The notes under the pieces were generated by a model that saw only the letters and a list, made by a program, of their open reading frames with translations, was not told the DNA's origin and made no database searches. The position numbers and the translations under genes are program-made. Below are positions 14,814 to 16,418 of a DNA stretch of 16,418 nt, piece by piece. Positions within the stretch are counted from its first letter, which is position 1. Each line of letters starts with the position of its first letter. Source of the stretch: Breznakia blatticola (lineage in GTDB: Bacteria; Bacillota_I; Bacilli_A; Erysipelotrichales; Erysipelotrichaceae); NCBI RefSeq assembly GCF_004365815.1, contig NZ_SODD01000052.1:1-16418 (forward strand). Reading direction: 5' to 3'.

Positions 14814-14822
14814 ATTATACCA
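14814..14822 (-). promoter_or_regulatory. Extended -10 promoter (TGgTATAAT) for the macrodomain/DarT-like pair
   Basis: The rc of 14814-14822 reads TGGTATAAT. It lies 23 nt upstream of the ATG at 14790 and just downstream of the ispD stop (14834). No strong -35 is present, as is common for extended -10 promoters. Confidence 0.5.
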
Positions 14823-14833
14823 TGGATATGGAA

Positions 14834-15475
14834 CTACTTAATATCTTCACCTGTTGTTATTTTACGATTTTTATAAGATCCAGGTATCACTTTAATCGGA
14901 CATGCACAGTATTTTTCTACTAGTTGTGCATCATCACTCCCAACAAATTTATCTTGTTTTGCGAGGCTATGACAATCACGAATGAGTCCTGCACTAAATG
15001 CTTGTGGTGTTTGTGCTGCTTGGTAATCTTCACGTTTTGGTGTACTGATAACAAGCCCATCTGCATCGACTTGTTTAATCGTGTCAGTAACTGGCACCAT
15101 TGGTAAGCATGCATCATATTCATCAAGTGTTTCTTTGATTTGATCAAGTAGTTGTTGATCAATATACGGTCGAGCTCCATCATGAATCATCACATGATCC
15201 TGATTTACCTTTTTTAGTCCACTTGCCACACTATCTTGACGCGTATCACCGCCAAGAACATACTCTACTTTATTTGCATGTACCAACTTCTCAAAATGTT
15301 CTTGTTCACCATCAGCAGTCACGATAATAATTTGTTTACAGTCTTCATCTGATGCAAAGACATCTACTGAATAATTGATAATCGCTTTTCCATCAATTTC
15401 ATGAAACACCTTGTTGTAAGCAAGTCCTGTTCTTTGACCTTTTCCTGCCGCAACAATAATCACACTATATTCCAT
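14834..15475 (-). CDS. ispD: 2-C-methyl-D-erythritol 4-phosphate cytidylyltransferase (IspD/TarI family)
   Basis: 213 aa. The N-terminal VIIVAAGKGQRTGLAYNKVF nucleotide-binding signature and HDGARPY are typical of IspD-family cytidylyltransferases. IspD and TarI cannot be told apart by eye. Confidence 0.85.
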   Translation of the reverse strand: MEYSVIIVAAGKGQRTGLAYNKVFHEIDGKAIINYSVDVFASDEDCKQIIIVTADGEQEHFEKLVHANKVEYVLGGDTRQDSVASGLKKVNQDHVMIHDGARPYIDQQLLDQIKETLDEYDACLPMVPVTDTIKQVDADGLVISTPKREDYQAAQTPQAFSAGLIRDCHSLAKQDKFVGSDDAQLVEKYCACPIKVIPGSYKNRKITTGEDIK

Positions 15476-15477
15476 AC

Positions 15478-16314
15478 TTACACTTCCTCATCACGTTGTT
15501 GGTGATTTAAATCTACGAGTTTATTTACAAGTGACATCTTTTCTAGGATTGTCGTACATAATTGTTCCATGTGACTTCCTTCTGTGTAGTCTGCTGGACT
15601 AATGAAGTCCACACGACGGTGTTGCAATAAATCCACAACTTTTTCTTTTTGTTGGTAAACAGCGATGCTTTGCCCACCATTGGTTTTTACTAATTTCATA
15701 CATGGCACATCCGTCAATCCATCTCCAATGTAAATCATATTACGGAAAGGAATTCGACGATTGCGATCTTCTAAATATTCATTTAGTTGCTCATCTTCAT
15801 TCATTTCTAAAACACCTTTATTGATGCGGAAGAGAAACTGGGTTTTGTTTGTGTAATTAACAGTTAATGCTGGCCAGTCCGCAACACCATTTTCATCATA
15901 GTGAAATTCACACGCATATATTTTCTTAAACTCATCATAGATACTTGTTCCTTCAATGATTTCGGTTAATCCACTTGAAATGATATAGTGCTCAATTTCT
16001 AAGCCAAGCTTTTCTCCGACTTCATTCATTCGTTTAAACCAAGTATCAACACCGGCAAATAACTCCACATTCTTTCCTTTTTCCACAAAGTCAGAACGAC
16101 GCACTGGCATACGTTTTGCTTTTGCCGCATGAATCATGTAGTACATATAGGAAATAATCCGATCCATTCCTTCTTCTTCAGCAATTTTTGTTACTTCTTG
16201 CCAAAATGTTGCAGCATCCATTCCAAGTCCAGGAATGAAACTGTATTCTTGCATATCTTTTGTACATAGCGTTTTATCAAAATCATACATAAACGCAACT
16301 ACTGGTTTTTTCAT
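15478..16314 (-). CDS. HAD-superfamily hydrolase/phosphatase
   Basis: HAD motif I in VVAFMYDFDKT (DxDxT). Motif IV-like IYIGDGLTDVPCM. The start is taken as ATG 16314 (MKKPVVAF...). The 33 upstream codons in the track ORF run through group II intron domains V/VI and are not coding. No clear SD lies before 16314. Confidence 0.8.
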   Translation of the reverse strand: MKKPVVAFMYDFDKTLCTKDMQEYSFIPGLGMDAATFWQEVTKIAEEEGMDRIISYMYYMIHAAKAKRMPVRRSDFVEKGKNVELFAGVDTWFKRMNEVGEKLGLEIEHYIISSGLTEIIEGTSIYDEFKKIYACEFHYDENGVADWPALTVNYTNKTQFLFRINKGVLEMNEDEQLNEYLEDRNRRIPFRNMIYIGDGLTDVPCMKLVKTNGGQSIAVYQQKEKVVDLLQHRRVDFISPADYTEGSHMEQLCTTILEKMSLVNKLVDLNHQQRDEEV

Positions 16315-16357
16315 AGTATTTTCGTCGAGTAGACAAATCTCGACATTCCTCCTCTCT

Positions 16358-16418
16358 ATGTGAAGGTTGTCTAATTCACCCCTCACAGAACCGTACGTGC
16401 GGTTTTCCCGCATACGGC
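16358..16418 (-). mobile_element. 3' end of a group II intron (domain V and domain VI), truncated by the window edge
   Basis: The minus strand reads GCCGUAU-GCGG-GAAAA-CCGC-ACGUACGGUUC (16418-16388). This matches the domain V consensus: the CCGUAU...ACGUACGGUUC arms, the 2-nt bulge, and a GAAA-type loop. A DVI-like hairpin GUGAGGGGUG...CAACCUUCAC follows, with an unpaired A 7-9 nt from a CAC/CAU end at about 16358-16360. Confidence 0.8.

Noticed and set aside
13370-15183. Nested ORFs 13370..13585(-), 14206..14436(+), 14920..15183(-) and 14924..15106(+)
   Set aside because: They are alternate-frame or antisense ORFs inside the DarT-like, macrodomain and ispD genes, as expected by chance in AT-rich sequence.
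16312-16347. 11-codon uORF (MSRFVYSTKIL*) whose stop overlaps the HAD start as ATGA, downstream of GAGAGGAGG
   Set aside because: The GGAGG core ends only 1 nt before its ATG, which is too close for normal initiation. It is tempting as a coupling device for an SD-less HAD start, but the sequence alone does not support it.
16315-16413. N-terminal 33 codons (MRENRTYGSVRGELDNLHIERRNVEICLLDENT) of the 311-aa track ORF
   Set aside because: This stretch is the group II intron domain V/VI RNA plus the short exon leader. The HAD fold begins at MKKPVVAFMYDFDKT (ATG 16314).
1-16418. Scan for CRISPR arrays, tRNA/rRNA genes, transposase or integrase genes and IS-type terminal inverted repeats
   Set aside because: None were found. 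The only repeats are the 110-bp direct repeats, the leader modules and the short hairpins described above. The AAGGAGAGG at 1-9 (minus strand) is probably the SD of a gene starting beyond the window and cannot be annotated.

Overview
Low-GC Gram-positive (Bacillota-like) chromosomal window. Every credible gene is on the minus strand; all plus-strand ORFs in the track look like antisense shadows. Reading the minus strand from high to low coordinates: (1) the 3' end of a group II intron (domains V-VI), cut by the window edge; (2) a HAD-family hydrolase and ispD; (3) an AT-rich two-gene insert with its own promoter, encoding a DarG-like macrodomain protein translationally coupled to an unusually long DarT-like (DUF4433) ADP-ribosyltransferase; (4) rpsF-ssb-rpsR; (5) a 1.25-kb cassette (XRE regulator plus two small membrane proteins) bracketed by 110-bp imperfect direct repeats that duplicate the rpsR 3' end and its terminator; (6) a roughly 160-nt promoter-to-terminator unit, a candidate sRNA or leader; (7) mutS-mutL-miaA; (8) a 715-bp non-coding region; (9) a VWA/MIDAS surface adhesin; (10) a second surface protein. 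The strongest lead is the atypical DarTG-like pair. Its toxin-like protein ends in ...SSEDDLPF, the same tip motif as the C-terminal tail of the host SSB (...SDDLPF) encoded about 0.5 kb away. This suggests SSB-tail mimicry by an ssDNA-targeting toxin. The second lead is a conserved structured leader shared by both surface-protein genes: a 5' hairpin, a GUGUGUGCGUUAAUAAGG box, a long-range helix, a terminator-like hairpin and a covarying alternative helix. No tRNA, rRNA, CRISPR array, transposase or integrase gene was seen. All function calls rest on reading motifs in the translations by eye; no database search was run.
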